Shown in pieces: positions 1 to 9,326 of a DNA stretch of 64,000 nucleotides. The stretch is taken from NCBI GenBank assembly GCA_017618195.1, contig JAFZUW010000013.1:9223-73222 (forward strand), written 5' to 3'. Within the stretch, counting starts at the first letter, position 1. The number at the start of each line of letters is the position of its first letter. The position numbers and the translations under genes were made by a program. Below the pieces are notes generated by a model that saw only the letters and a program-made list of their open reading frames with translations, was not told where the DNA came from and ran no database searches. Source of the DNA: Lachnospiraceae bacterium (lineage in GTDB: Bacteria; Bacillota; Clostridia; Lachnospirales; Lachnospiraceae).

Positions 1-366
1 GGCATGCGCCCCGTCAGCCTCTTCCGCCTCAAGCGGCGGCAGCGTAATCCCGCAGCAGCTGATTAGCGCCTCTCCGACGGATTGAATCACGTTTCCGCAT
101 ACCGGGCATACATAAAACCTGCTCTTACGGATATTTGCGGAGAGGTTCTGATTGGTAATGTCTTCGCCGGACAGAAGCTCGATTACGGAAATATCTAACG
201 CTTCAGCCAGCGGTTCCAAAAGGCTGATATCCGGAAAACCCTGCCCGGTCTCCCATTTGCTGACAGCCTTACCGCTCACATGAATCCTTGCGGCAAGTTC
301 CTCCTGCGTCAGTTTCTTGTGCCCCCGAAGCCTTCTGATCACAGCTCCCGTAACATATTTATCCAT
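1..366 (-). CDS. XRE-family HTH transcriptional regulator with a C-terminal Cys-motif domain (partial; the C-terminus runs off the window edge)
   Basis: This gene is not in the ORF track because it is open at the window edge. Manual minus-strand translation from the ATG at 364-366 gives MDKYVTGAVIRRLRGHKKLTQEELAARIHVSGKAVSKWETGQGFPDISLLEPLAEALDISVIELLSGED...RFYVCPVCGNVIQSVGEALISCCG. This is a typical HTH_3 core (VSKWETG) followed by a CPVCGN metal-site-like motif. Confidence 0.7.
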   Translation of the reverse strand, partial: MDKYVTGAVIRRLRGHKKLTQEELAARIHVSGKAVSKWETGQGFPDISLLEPLAEALDISVIELLSGEDITNQNLSANIRKSRFYVCPVCGNVIQSVGEALISCCGITLPPLEAEEADGAHA

Positions 367-500
367 GGTATCTGCCTCCCTGTCGAAACACTGTTTCACA
401 TTTCATATTGCGATCATACCATGCCCATGCACGGAAGGCTACCTACGTATCGTGGAAGCGGCTTATCCGTTTTATGTTTATTGTATCAGAGCAACGTTTT

Positions 501-1889
501 TTACTGTCCGTCCCGCCGATGCTTCATCAATTCAACGGGTTCCCGTTTATAAAACGGGAAAAGAGCAGGAATTTCGATTAAAAGAACCATACCCGATATT
601 CCCAGGGATGTACCTAAAATAACCCCCGGGAGTGTCGTCCATTCCATTGTCCCCTGGTAATCGGAGAAAAGTTCCAAAAAACGGCATACTTCCCGAACAA
701 TAAATGGGGAAATCAGTGCCGAAACGGTTGTCGTAAACAAAGCCAAAAACAGAATCTCCAGAAAAGTAACTTTCAGAATATCGGGAAATCCCATTCCCAA
801 GGCTTTCTGCATTCCCCAATAAGGTATCCTTTTTTCCACATCGGAAATAATCACCGAGCAAAGATTAATGAATACCACTGCAACCATTATGACTGCAACA
901 ACCGACAGGATTTTATTAATCACCATTTGAATTCCGGAAAGCCGTTCTGATTGTCCCAATTCCCCCATGCATGAAATCCTGAAGTTACAATCAAGATGAT
1001 TACTTTCACTCAAAGCGTTTCCCAACTGTTCATAGGAATCAAAATAAACCATAGACCAGGTACTCTTGCCGAATTTCTCAGACAGGAACTCCGAATCCGT
1101 CAGTATCACCTGCGGATAGTCCTTCCACCCGTTCAAATAATACAGCCGGCTGTCTAAAATCCCGCTCAAAACCACATCCGAAACGATTTCTTCTCCCTCC
1201 GCATACAGACTTACATGTCTCCCTATGATACTATTCCATTTGTCCTTCGGAACACCGAAAGTTTTCAGCACATAGTCGGTTACAAGAAGCCCGTTTGTCA
1301 CCAAATCCCCTTTGCCGTATAAAACAATCGGATCGTCATTATATCTGCTTTGGAAACCTCTTAACATTTTTGCGGTCGGAAAGGAATCCCCTTTCGCAAG
1401 CATGATTTCAAAAGGCACGGTGTATTCCTCTTTCAGGTAATTCAGCCACTTTTCCTTTCGAAAATCGAAAGAGTAATCGTTTTTTCCCTGATACCGCTCT
1501 TCGCCGATAACCATCTGAACCCTTTCGTTATTTACAAAAATCCACTGTTCTTTTTTTTCAAGAACCTCGACTAAATCCGGAACAGATACGGCGATTTCTT
1601 CCGACGCACCGTCCATCTTACGGATCATCGATAAAGAGTTTTCTTCCGAAAGACGATATTCCTCGGCTTCCTGAGCCGGATCCGATGACGCCAGAATATA
1701 GCAATTTGCCGCGCTGTACCTTTCAAAACTCTTCCGATAGTTTCGAAAGAAGAAAAACATCGTCAGCCAGCTGACCACGGCAATAGAGAGAAACAATAAC
1801 TCTCCCGCGAAACGTATTGTGCGTCTTCTTCGGCTGAATATATTCCAAATCACAAGCCTCAAAGTATCTTTGTTCTTCATATTATTCAT
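501..1889 (-). CDS. FtsX-like ABC transporter permease (MacB-type)
   Basis: 462-aa ORF with an N-terminal TM helix, a large extracytoplasmic region and a C-terminal FtsX-type 3-TM bundle (MQKALGMGFPDILKVTFLEILFLALF...). It overlaps the upstream permease by 8 nt. Confidence 0.75.
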   Translation of the reverse strand: MNNMKNKDTLRLVIWNIFSRRRRTIRFAGELLFLSIAVVSWLTMFFFFRNYRKSFERYSAANCYILASSDPAQEAEEYRLSEENSLSMIRKMDGASEEIAVSVPDLVEVLEKKEQWIFVNNERVQMVIGEERYQGKNDYSFDFRKEKWLNYLKEEYTVPFEIMLAKGDSFPTAKMLRGFQSRYNDDPIVLYGKGDLVTNGLLVTDYVLKTFGVPKDKWNSIIGRHVSLYAEGEEIVSDVVLSGILDSRLYYLNGWKDYPQVILTDSEFLSEKFGKSTWSMVYFDSYEQLGNALSESNHLDCNFRISCMGELGQSERLSGIQMVINKILSVVAVIMVAVVFINLCSVIISDVEKRIPYWGMQKALGMGFPDILKVTFLEILFLALFTTTVSALISPFIVREVCRFLELFSDYQGTMEWTTLPGVILGTSLGISGMVLLIEIPALFPFYKREPVELMKHRRDGQ

Positions 1890-3054
1890 CCACCGGTTTT
1901 AGCATCCTTATAATTTCTTTTTTCAAGGATAAACTTGTCAATACCGAAATCAGTAAAATCATTCCGAGAATGATTCCTAAGCTGATCAGGGAAACGGCTG
2001 CGGATTTTATGTCTCCGCCTCGGGTTATGTTTCCAAGCAGCTCATCAATGACTGCAAATAAGTCCTTTGTTGTCCTGTATGAGACAAGATATGCAAAAGG
2101 CGCAGCACATACGGCGGTGAAAGAAACCGTCCCTCCGATCAGTTGTCCGATTTCTCCCCTGCTCATTCCCTGCGTCATCAGGATCGCATGCCACATTTTC
2201 CTTCGGGAAGCCTCTAATCGTATAATCGAAGATAATACGACCACAACTATTCCCCAGCAAAACACACAAATAAGATTAACCGCGTGAGTAAAACCGATAA
2301 GAGAATCAATCTCCTGCAATTGATCCCCGCTGTAAATCAGGTCAAATCCGTTTTCTTTGAGAAAGGCTATGTCATCACGAATGTCTTTTGCCTTTCTTGA
2401 ACATACCGAGATTTCAAACGAATCCGTATGCATTAACTCCATATAGGTGCCTTGCGGTAAAAGAAAATCAGGAGTATTGCCCATATCTCTCCTCATATAA
2501 CGATATACTCCGGCCACAACACTTCCCTCAATTATTGTGTCGCCTGTTTCCTCCGACCACCCGTTCAGATTAATTCTGTCACCGGCTTTCCACCCATATC
2601 GTTGGGCAATTCGGTCGGAGACCCATACCTTATGAAGGAAATTGTCTTCATACCGAAAGGGCTCGCCTTCTATCATCAACTCCGCGATGATGCCTCCCCA
2701 GTAATTCCCGGACTCTTTTCCGCAATACTCGACACAGCCCTCATATTCATCAACATCCCCGAGATGAACGAAATAATCCCGAAATAAAACCGATTCGTCC
2801 ATGTATAATCCGCACAACAGCAAATCCATCCTGTTCTCGATGAAATCCGCTTCTTTCGGCGTCAAAGAAAGAACATCCACGGCTCCCAAGTGAGATGTAT
2901 GCAAATATGTATCCACTTTTCCCGGCAGACTGAAAGCAATTACATTCATCGTAAAAACCATTATCAGAAGTGCTGCCAGAAGGATGAACCGGAGGAATGC
3001 AATAACCGGTGAATGACAGATTTCCCGTATAATCAGAAACCCCGATTTTTTCAT
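1882..3054 (-). CDS. FtsX-like ABC transporter permease (second copy)
   Basis: 390-aa ORF with the same topology and a C-terminal FtsX motif region (LMTQGMSRGEIGQLIGGTVSFTAV...). It has a 4-nt ATGA overlap with the ATPase gene. Confidence 0.75.
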   Translation of the reverse strand: MKKSGFLIIREICHSPVIAFLRFILLAALLIMVFTMNVIAFSLPGKVDTYLHTSHLGAVDVLSLTPKEADFIENRMDLLLCGLYMDESVLFRDYFVHLGDVDEYEGCVEYCGKESGNYWGGIIAELMIEGEPFRYEDNFLHKVWVSDRIAQRYGWKAGDRINLNGWSEETGDTIIEGSVVAGVYRYMRRDMGNTPDFLLPQGTYMELMHTDSFEISVCSRKAKDIRDDIAFLKENGFDLIYSGDQLQEIDSLIGFTHAVNLICVFCWGIVVVVLSSIIRLEASRRKMWHAILMTQGMSRGEIGQLIGGTVSFTAVCAAPFAYLVSYRTTKDLFAVIDELLGNITRGGDIKSAAVSLISLGIILGMILLISVLTSLSLKKEIIRMLKPVDE

Positions 3055-3716
3055 CCTTCTGTTATCCTTCCGTCTTCCATAAGAATTCTGCGGCTTGCAT
3101 ATCGGGCATCCTCTTCACTGTGCGTTACCATAAGTATGGTAACCCCCGTTTCATGGATTTTCGATAATATCTCCATTACCTGCTTTGTGTTCTGACTGTC
3201 CAGACTCCCGCACGGTTCATCGGCAAGTATAATATCCGGATTATTAACCAGTGCTCTGGCTATACATATTCGTTGCTTTTCCCCACCCGAGAGAGCACCA
3301 GCAGGAGTTCTTCCCCTGCTATCCATTCCTACCGCTTTCAGTGCTTCTTCCGCCATTTGTCTCCTGACATCTCTCTGTATACCGGAAATCACCAGGGGAA
3401 TTTCCACATTTTGCATTGCAGAATATGCGGGATCTAAATAGAAAGACTGGAAAATGTATCCGATCCTTTTATTTCGAAATCTCGCCTTTTCCTTTTCCGA
3501 GATTGAAAGAATGCTGTTTTCTTCAAACAGGATATCTCCGGACGTAGGTTTATCTATCAAACCCAGCATATTGAGCAATGTTGATTTTCCGCAGCCGGAT
3601 TTTCCTCGAATGACGACAAATTCACCCTTTTCTACAGATAGCGAGATTCCGTTCAGCGCAATCACTTGATTATTCCCTTCAGAATATACCTTTTTCAAAT
3701 CGACACATTTAATCAT
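3051..3716 (-). CDS. ABC transporter ATP-binding protein (MacB/LolD-like)
   Basis: Walker A GKSGCGKST, signature LSGGEKQRICIARAL and Walker B ILADEP are present. The start is trimmed to MIKCVDLKKVY (Met36 of the 256-aa ORF) because the upstream extension overlaps the lipoprotein gene and has no ABC homology. Confidence 0.9.
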   Translation of the reverse strand: MIKCVDLKKVYSEGNNQVIALNGISLSVEKGEFVVIRGKSGCGKSTLLNMLGLIDKPTSGDILFEENSILSISEKEKARFRNKRIGYIFQSFYLDPAYSAMQNVEIPLVISGIQRDVRRQMAEEALKAVGMDSRGRTPAGALSGGEKQRICIARALVNNPDIILADEPCGSLDSQNTKQVMEILSKIHETGVTILMVTHSEEDARYASRRILMEDGRITEG

Positions 3717-3784
3717 TTCAACTCTTAACCTCATAAAAGGAAGCAGAATTCCCTCCTCTATCGGAAAGAATTCTGCTCTTATTC

Positions 3785-4294
3785 CTACTCTTTTAATTTG
3801 TATGGCGCTCCTGCTATCCAAAGAATACGGGAATCACGTTCATAACTGCCTGACAGAAAATCCAACTCGCTTCCGTCGGAATCCAACGTGTAAATCCAAT
3901 CTGTATCCGGATACTCCTCACTGAATTCCAATCGGAAAGAATACTCTTTTCCTTCATATGGAGCAGAAGTGAATTCCTTCATCAGCCTGTCTCGTATGCT
4001 GTTTTCCATCTCTTCATCAACGACATATCCCTCGGCACGCTTTCCCGTTACCTCGTCCAAACATCTCGGGAAGGCGTACATTCTCGCAGTAACCTCCCAA
4101 TCCGGCTTGCACAAAACTACAGAGTCCTTCTTAATCTCAACGAAACATTCCGAATTGTTTTGTCCGTAATATGTGCCGGTTGGAATTGTCTGCTTTGAAC
4201 CTGCCTTCTCTGATTCCGAATTCTGCCGTGTTCCGCATCCGACAGTGCCGATTGCAAAGAGAAAGAGGAATATCCACCCAATATACTTCTTCAT
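3785..4294 (-). CDS. Lipoprotein of unknown function (first gene of the MacB-type ABC operon)
   Basis: Signal peptide plus lipobox (MKKYIGWIFLFLFAIGTVGCGTRQ). The start is taken at the MKK Met. Confidence 0.6.
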   Translation of the reverse strand: MKKYIGWIFLFLFAIGTVGCGTRQNSESEKAGSKQTIPTGTYYGQNNSECFVEIKKDSVVLCKPDWEVTARMYAFPRCLDEVTGKRAEGYVVDEEMENSIRDRLMKEFTSAPYEGKEYSFRLEFSEEYPDTDWIYTLDSDGSELDFLSGSYERDSRILWIAGAPYKLKE

Positions 4295-4467
4295 TCCAAT
4301 AATCCTCATGTCTAAAGAAAAATGTCAGTGCATATTTTCATAAGTAACCGTTCCGGAAATCTTTCCGTTCGATAAAGCTGTGGCAAATATGATATCCGCA
4401 CTCACATTCCGAAATTATTAAAAGTCGCATCAATTTTTTCCAAACATTGATCGGATAGCTTTAAAAA

Positions 4468-4496
4468 ATTTTAACATGGTTAAGGTGGAAAGTCAA
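4468..4496 (-). promoter_or_regulatory. Promoter of the lipoprotein/MacB-type ABC operon
   Basis: TTGACT, 17 nt, TAAAAT on the minus strand. Confidence 0.55.
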
Positions 4497-4581
4497 CACT
4501 TCCGCTTCTGCTGATCCGTCCAGTTTTCTTCCCGCTTTAAAACAGCCGGAAACATCGGTCTTGTTTTAACGGAATAGCCTT

Positions 4582-5226
4582 CTATGTCAGATTCAGAACA
4601 TCCGCCGGTCCTGCTGCCAGATAATCCGCTCCGGCGCCGGTCAGTTCTTCTTCGGATCCGTATCCCCACAGCACGCCGACGCTCTTAAGCGCATTGGCCT
4701 TGGCTCCGGCAATATCCTGGTCACGGTCGCCGATCATCAAAACGGCATCCCGGTCGATGCCGCCGAGACGGCTTAAAAGATCCGCGATCACATCTGCCTT
4801 CCGGCTGATCCGTCCGTCCATCGTGGCGGCTCCGAAATGATCAAAGTATTCATACAGCCCGAAATGCTCGAGTATCCGCACTGCAAATTCATACGGTTTC
4901 GATGTCGCCAAAGCAACCGTCACGCCTTTCTTCTTCAGTTCGCGAAGAAGCTCCGGGATGCCTTCGTATACTGCGTTCTCAAAGATTCCGGTTTCGCGGA
5001 AATACTCCCGGTAATAGGCTACCGCCTGCGCGGCCTGCTCCTCGGAAAATCCGAAATACTTACGGAACGAATCCGGAAGCGGCGGTCCGATAAACGGATA
5101 CAGTTCGCTCCGGTCCGAAACCTCAATCTGAAACTTTTTCAGCGCATACTTGACGGAATTGGTGATTCCGATCCCCGGATCCGTTAATGTTCCGTCAAGG
5201 TCAAATAAGAAATACCGATAATTCAT
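4582..5226 (-). CDS. HAD-IA family hydrolase (phosphoglycolate phosphatase / 5'-nucleotidase-like)
   Basis: HAD motif I FDLDGTLTD, motif II ATSK and motif IV GDRDQDI. Confidence 0.85.
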   Translation of the reverse strand: MNYRYFLFDLDGTLTDPGIGITNSVKYALKKFQIEVSDRSELYPFIGPPLPDSFRKYFGFSEEQAAQAVAYYREYFRETGIFENAVYEGIPELLRELKKKGVTVALATSKPYEFAVRILEHFGLYEYFDHFGAATMDGRISRKADVIADLLSRLGGIDRDAVLMIGDRDQDIAGAKANALKSVGVLWGYGSEEELTGAGADYLAAGPADVLNLT

Positions 5227-5248
5227 TCAAACACTCATCCTGTCTTTA

Positions 5249-6052
5249 TTATTCCGCCTCTGCTCCCGCCAGCGCAAGGATCATATCCGGCATAACGACC
5301 TTCCTTCCGCGGTCGTAAAACCGTTCCTCCGCTTCGGTCCTGCCGACCAAAGCGGCTCCGGTCGCGGAATTGTCGGATACGACCAAAAGGGCAACGCCCG
5401 GAATCTCAAAAAGGTCGGTCATCAGATAGAAGGAACTTGTCTCCATCTCGATCAGATCGGTATCAAAGGAGCGGATCTCGTCCAGATGGATATATTCAAG
5501 AGCGATCGAAGGCGTACAGAATACGCTTCCCCTGCGGATCTCATGACCGCGACTTCGTCCGAGTTCGATCACCTTTTCCGTAAATTTCTCATCCGGATAA
5601 ACCTTTTCAAATAGCATGCTGCCGCGGATGGATTCCTGCGTAAGGTAAGCATCGGCAACGCTTCCCGACACCGAATACGACGGAATGCATATGTCTCCGA
5701 GCCGGTAATCCGCCTTCAGCGCGCCGACCGCACCGATGAAGATTGCCGTACGGAAATTAAGCTCCGCGCAGATTGCCATATGGTCGATCAGATTGCCCGC
5801 CGAAGAGGCGATTTTGATCCATGCGATTTTCTTTCCGTCCTTTTCCACCAGATACCCGCCGATATACGAGCCTTCGCGAAGCGTTGTCACCTTGCAGTAC
5901 CCGTCCATGCCGAGTTTGTACGGCGTGAAACTCGGGGCAATGACCAAAGCGTCGTAAGCGATTTCATCGCTCAACCCGAAAGCCTGCATAGCCATGTGTT
6001 CCGAGTTGTATTTATGGAACGTATCCACAATCTTCTTTAATTTCTCTTTCAT
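5249..6052 (-). CDS. Nucleoside phosphorylase-family protein (PNP_UDP_1 superfamily)
   Basis: Motifs GAVGAL, LIEMETSSF and VVSDN. The start is moved to the ATG at Met5, which is preceded by GAGGGA; the track start is a GTG. Confidence 0.65.
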   Translation of the reverse strand: MKEKLKKIVDTFHKYNSEHMAMQAFGLSDEIAYDALVIAPSFTPYKLGMDGYCKVTTLREGSYIGGYLVEKDGKKIAWIKIASSAGNLIDHMAICAELNFRTAIFIGAVGALKADYRLGDICIPSYSVSGSVADAYLTQESIRGSMLFEKVYPDEKFTEKVIELGRSRGHEIRRGSVFCTPSIALEYIHLDEIRSFDTDLIEMETSSFYLMTDLFEIPGVALLVVSDNSATGAALVGRTEAEERFYDRGRKVVMPDMILALAGAEAE

Positions 6053-6159
6053 CTTATCCCTCACAAAATCGAACCAATCCGCTGACTTTCCATCCGGTGT
6101 CAGTCCGATCCGCTCCTTGGCTGCTCCGCCCTCCGGAGTCAGTTCGATCCGTTCCGCGC

Positions 6160-6858
6160 TTACTCCCCGTCCAATGCCAGCTCGATCAGCTTACGGATGT
6201 GGATCTGCACGGCATCCAGACAATGTACCGGACAATTCCCGGAATTCAGCAGAAGCGGAAGTTCCGTACATCCGAGGATGACGCCTTCGATGCCGTCCTG
6301 CTCCTTCATTCTTTCCATGATCCGCTGAAACTCATGAAGCGTTTCAGCTTTCACGATTCCGTTTTCCAGTTCTTCGAATATTCTCTTTGCGATGAGCTCT
6401 CTTTCCTGCTCATTCGGAACGAAGACCTGCACGCCTGCGGCCTTCAGATCCTTTTTCATGTACTCCTGCGACATCGTAAACGCAGTGCCGAGAAGCCCCA
6501 CCCTGCGGATTCCGAGCCGCACCGCTTCTTCGCTCACGGCTTTCGGAATGCTGACAAGCGGAGTTTTCACCTTGGCTGCAAGCTCGTCCCAGACGATATG
6601 CATGGTAACCGCAGTCAGGGAAACCACTTCCGCACCGCCGCCGATCAGCGCATCGGCCTTTTCCGCCAGATAATCCGCGAGCGGTCCGTACTGCTCCTTT
6701 ACGACATAATCCCAAGCCCTGCGGAAATTCACGCTTTCGATTGCAATATCCGGCATGCTCCGTCCGTTCGTCAGCCGGTCAATCTCCGAATTGAGTATTT
6801 TATAATACATTGCCGTGGATTCCGGTCCGGTTCCGCCGACAAGTCCGATCTTCTTCAT
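6160..6858 (-). CDS. Aspartate/glutamate racemase-family protein
   Basis: MKKIGLVGGTGPESTAMYY N-terminus and the second catalytic-Cys region VILGCTELPLL. RBS GGTGGA. Confidence 0.85.
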   Translation of the reverse strand: MKKIGLVGGTGPESTAMYYKILNSEIDRLTNGRSMPDIAIESVNFRRAWDYVVKEQYGPLADYLAEKADALIGGGAEVVSLTAVTMHIVWDELAAKVKTPLVSIPKAVSEEAVRLGIRRVGLLGTAFTMSQEYMKKDLKAAGVQVFVPNEQERELIAKRIFEELENGIVKAETLHEFQRIMERMKEQDGIEGVILGCTELPLLLNSGNCPVHCLDAVQIHIRKLIELALDGE

Positions 6859-6939
6859 TCTTCCACCTTCTTCTTTCGTTTCATTCCGGTTTTATAACCA
6901 TTAAGCCGGAAAATGCACCCGTCTTCCCCGCAAATTCTG

Positions 6940-7842
6940 TCAATTCTGCTTCAGCAGCGCCTGCACTTCCTCGAGCTTCGGCGGATTTAACGGCAAAGGA
7001 AACCTTGAGATTGCGACTCCTGAGCAGGCACTCGAAAAGCGCACCGTTTCCTCATCCGACATGCCGTTAAGAAGCGCGTAAACGCAGCCCGCCTTGAACG
7101 TATCGCCGGCGCCGAGCGTACTTCTCACTTCCACCTTGAAGGGACGCATGCGGTGAATCGGGCCGTCTTTCCTTCCGTAAAGCATCTCTCCGCCGCCCTG
7201 CGTAAGGATCGTGAGCCCTTCCGCCTCATTAAGCATCAGTTCCATTACGGCTTCCGGCGCCATGCCCGCATAATGGCTGCCCGTACATTCCTTCGAAACG
7301 ACATTGACCGCGGCATGCTTATGAAGATATGACTCATGCGGCGCATCTATCGTTACATACGGAATTCCGAGCCGCACGCAGATTTCCGCCGCGCGCAGGG
7401 TTTCCTCGCCGAAGAACGGATCAATCGCCGCCGCTTTGCAGCCCGCGATGTCCTCCTCGTTCGGAATGCTCCACCAGCGCTCTCCGGTTGAGAAAAGCGT
7501 CTGGAAGCGTCCCATCGGGGAACGCACAAGTCCTGCAATCACAACGTAATCCATTACGCCTTTATCTTCCGTAAAATGTAACGGCGACAGGTCTACCTTC
7601 TTGTCCTTGTAGAACTCCTTAAGCATCGGCGCGACCTGCGTCCCGATCCACGTACCGTCCATGCGGACCGAAACGCCGAGCGAATCAAGAACCGTACATG
7701 CGGTTCCGGTTTCGCCGCCGGGCAGGAAATACTGCGCGTCGATTTCCGAATACTCATCGGGCTGCAGGAAACCGCCCCTTAACAGAAAAGAATGTGTTCC
7801 GAGTACCTGCCCGAACAGGTATGCTTCCGCTTCTTTCTTCAT
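6940..7842 (-). CDS. PfkB-family carbohydrate/nucleoside kinase
   Basis: C-terminal PfkB signature TLGAGDTFKAGCVYALL. RBS AGGAGAAGG. Confidence 0.8.
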   Translation of the reverse strand: MKKEAEAYLFGQVLGTHSFLLRGGFLQPDEYSEIDAQYFLPGGETGTACTVLDSLGVSVRMDGTWIGTQVAPMLKEFYKDKKVDLSPLHFTEDKGVMDYVVIAGLVRSPMGRFQTLFSTGERWWSIPNEEDIAGCKAAAIDPFFGEETLRAAEICVRLGIPYVTIDAPHESYLHKHAAVNVVSKECTGSHYAGMAPEAVMELMLNEAEGLTILTQGGGEMLYGRKDGPIHRMRPFKVEVRSTLGAGDTFKAGCVYALLNGMSDEETVRFSSACSGVAISRFPLPLNPPKLEEVQALLKQN

Positions 7843-7865
7843 GGAAACCTTCTCCTTAAGTGTTT

Positions 7866-8432
7866 TTATTCTTTCTTACCCCATTTGGCGTAGGATTTTT
7901 CGTATTGCGCCGTAAACTTCCGGTACAGATCCAACATACTCACTCCCCTCTCAAAGAACGGCGCGAACGTCGCGTCTTGGGGCGTGAAATCCATCAGTTT
8001 CCGGACCAGTTTATCCATCTGCGGGCCGTACGAGGTTTTCTCAAAGAAAACCTTGACGCCGCTGTCATTATGGTACCCCTGATGCCCGAAGTCTTCAATC
8101 AGGTAGATTCGGTCAAGGTCGTTAATCTCCGTCTTCTTCAAAATGACATTCAAAAGCCGCGCGGCATACAGGTCGCTGTTTTCGGTGTAGGAACGGCTGA
8201 TTGCGTCAATGATGATTCTCACGTCTCCCGATTCACAAGACTTTGGCCCGGATGCGGTCAATCGGTCAAACGCCTTCTCAACCATCTCCTCGTCCCAGCC
8301 CGCCTTGACCTCGCGCGGAATCTGCATGGCCCTGTATTCGTTGTATGCTTTCTCGCCGATCTCATGCCACATGTAGTAGCCTTCGTTGCCGTTAACAAAC
8401 TTATAGTTTTCCTCAGCCTCTTTCAGTGTCAT
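7866..8432 (-). CDS. Hypothetical cytoplasmic protein
   Basis: 188-aa ORF with a good RBS (GGGAGG), co-directional and tightly packed with its neighbours. I recognise no motif. Confidence 0.5.
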   Translation of the reverse strand: MTLKEAEENYKFVNGNEGYYMWHEIGEKAYNEYRAMQIPREVKAGWDEEMVEKAFDRLTASGPKSCESGDVRIIIDAISRSYTENSDLYAARLLNVILKKTEINDLDRIYLIEDFGHQGYHNDSGVKVFFEKTSYGPQMDKLVRKLMDFTPQDATFAPFFERGVSMLDLYRKFTAQYEKSYAKWGKKE

Positions 8433-8525
8433 TCCGATGCCTCCCGTAAGAATCTCATTTTCCTGCGTCCCGTGTTCCGGTATCGTATTATTTTACCACA
8501 AAATTATACGAATTGTCGACCGATA

Positions 8526-9326
8526 CTATGCTTCCGGGGCAATCGTACAAAGCTTTCCCCTGAGAATGTAGCCGATCTTTTCGTAGCATGCGTTCGACGC
8601 GGCATAGTCCGCATCGGTGTAAAGCATCGGCATATAGCCGGCTTCTCTTGCGATGTTCGTCACCTGATAAACAAGGTTCTCCGCATAATGCTTTCTGCGC
8701 TCGCCGAGGCTCGTGTACACAAGCCCGATCACCGCCATATCGGCCACCGGGTGCCAGGTACAGCTCGAAACGTTCTTCCCTTCCGCGTTCTGCCAGAAAT
8801 AAATGCCGCGGTTCTTCAGGGCTTCCTCGGCTTTCCTGCGGTACGCTTCCATGCTCTCGTGATCCATGTCGATGTCCCGGTGGAACAGGTCCATAAACTC
8901 GACCGCTTCGTCAATATCCTCATCCGGGTTCGGCTGATGCAGGCACCCGTCGGTCGGCGTCGGCGCGATGGAAACGGGGCAGTCATACGCGAACATGTTC
9001 GTCTCAACGGCAAATGCCACGCCGTCCTTCTTAGCCCTCCGGGTCAGGAAATCCGCCAACTCATAGCGGATGTTGAAACGGTGCTTTCCGTCCATCAGAC
9101 CGTTCTCCCGAAGAAGCCCGTACAACTTCTCGAGTTCTTCTGCGGATGCGTCCTCAGCGGTCCAGATCCATACCGGGAACGGATCTTCCGAGAAGCAGAT
9201 GATCATCCTCTCGTGGTCCGTCAGCAGAAGCGTGTTGGTTCCGCCGAGAAGCCTTGTTAAAACGCTAAATGTGTATTTGTCCCTGCTTAATAAAGCGTAA
9301 TCCTTCTCATTTGCAAAAGAATCCAT
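8526..9326 (-). CDS. GNAT-family N-acetyltransferase (long form)
   Basis: C-terminal acetyl-CoA-binding-like region (VIGLVYTSLGERRKHYAENLVYQV...YEKIGY). RBS AAGGAG. Confidence 0.6.
   Translation of the reverse strand: MDSFANEKDYALLSRDKYTFSVLTRLLGGTNTLLLTDHERMIICFSEDPFPVWIWTAEDASAEELEKLYGLLRENGLMDGKHRFNIRYELADFLTRRAKKDGVAFAVETNMFAYDCPVSIAPTPTDGCLHQPNPDEDIDEAVEFMDLFHRDIDMDHESMEAYRRKAEEALKNRGIYFWQNAEGKNVSSCTWHPVADMAVIGLVYTSLGERRKHYAENLVYQVTNIAREAGYMPMLYTDADYAASNACYEKIGYILRGKLCTIAPEA

Noticed and set aside
3717-3821. Long N-terminal extensions of track ORFs. This one is shown as the example. The same applies to 11877-11960, 15939-15989, 21925-21957, 22974-23054, 29775-29828, 33036-33245, 40564-40596, 50482-50532, 58050-58073 and 59330-59380.
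   Set aside because: - In each case an internal Met is preceded by a strong GGAGG-type RBS at 5-10 nt and matches the usual family N-terminus or the signal peptide.
- The extensions overlap upstream genes or promoters.
7860-9260. A 466-aa plus-strand ORF, the longest plus-strand ORF in this region.
   Set aside because: - It runs antisense across three well-supported minus-strand genes (the 188-aa hypothetical, the GNAT and the end of the MPE-HAD fusion).
- It has no RBS or motif and an Arg/Leu/Val-rich, low-complexity composition.
- This is typical of shadow ORFs in GC-rich coding DNA.
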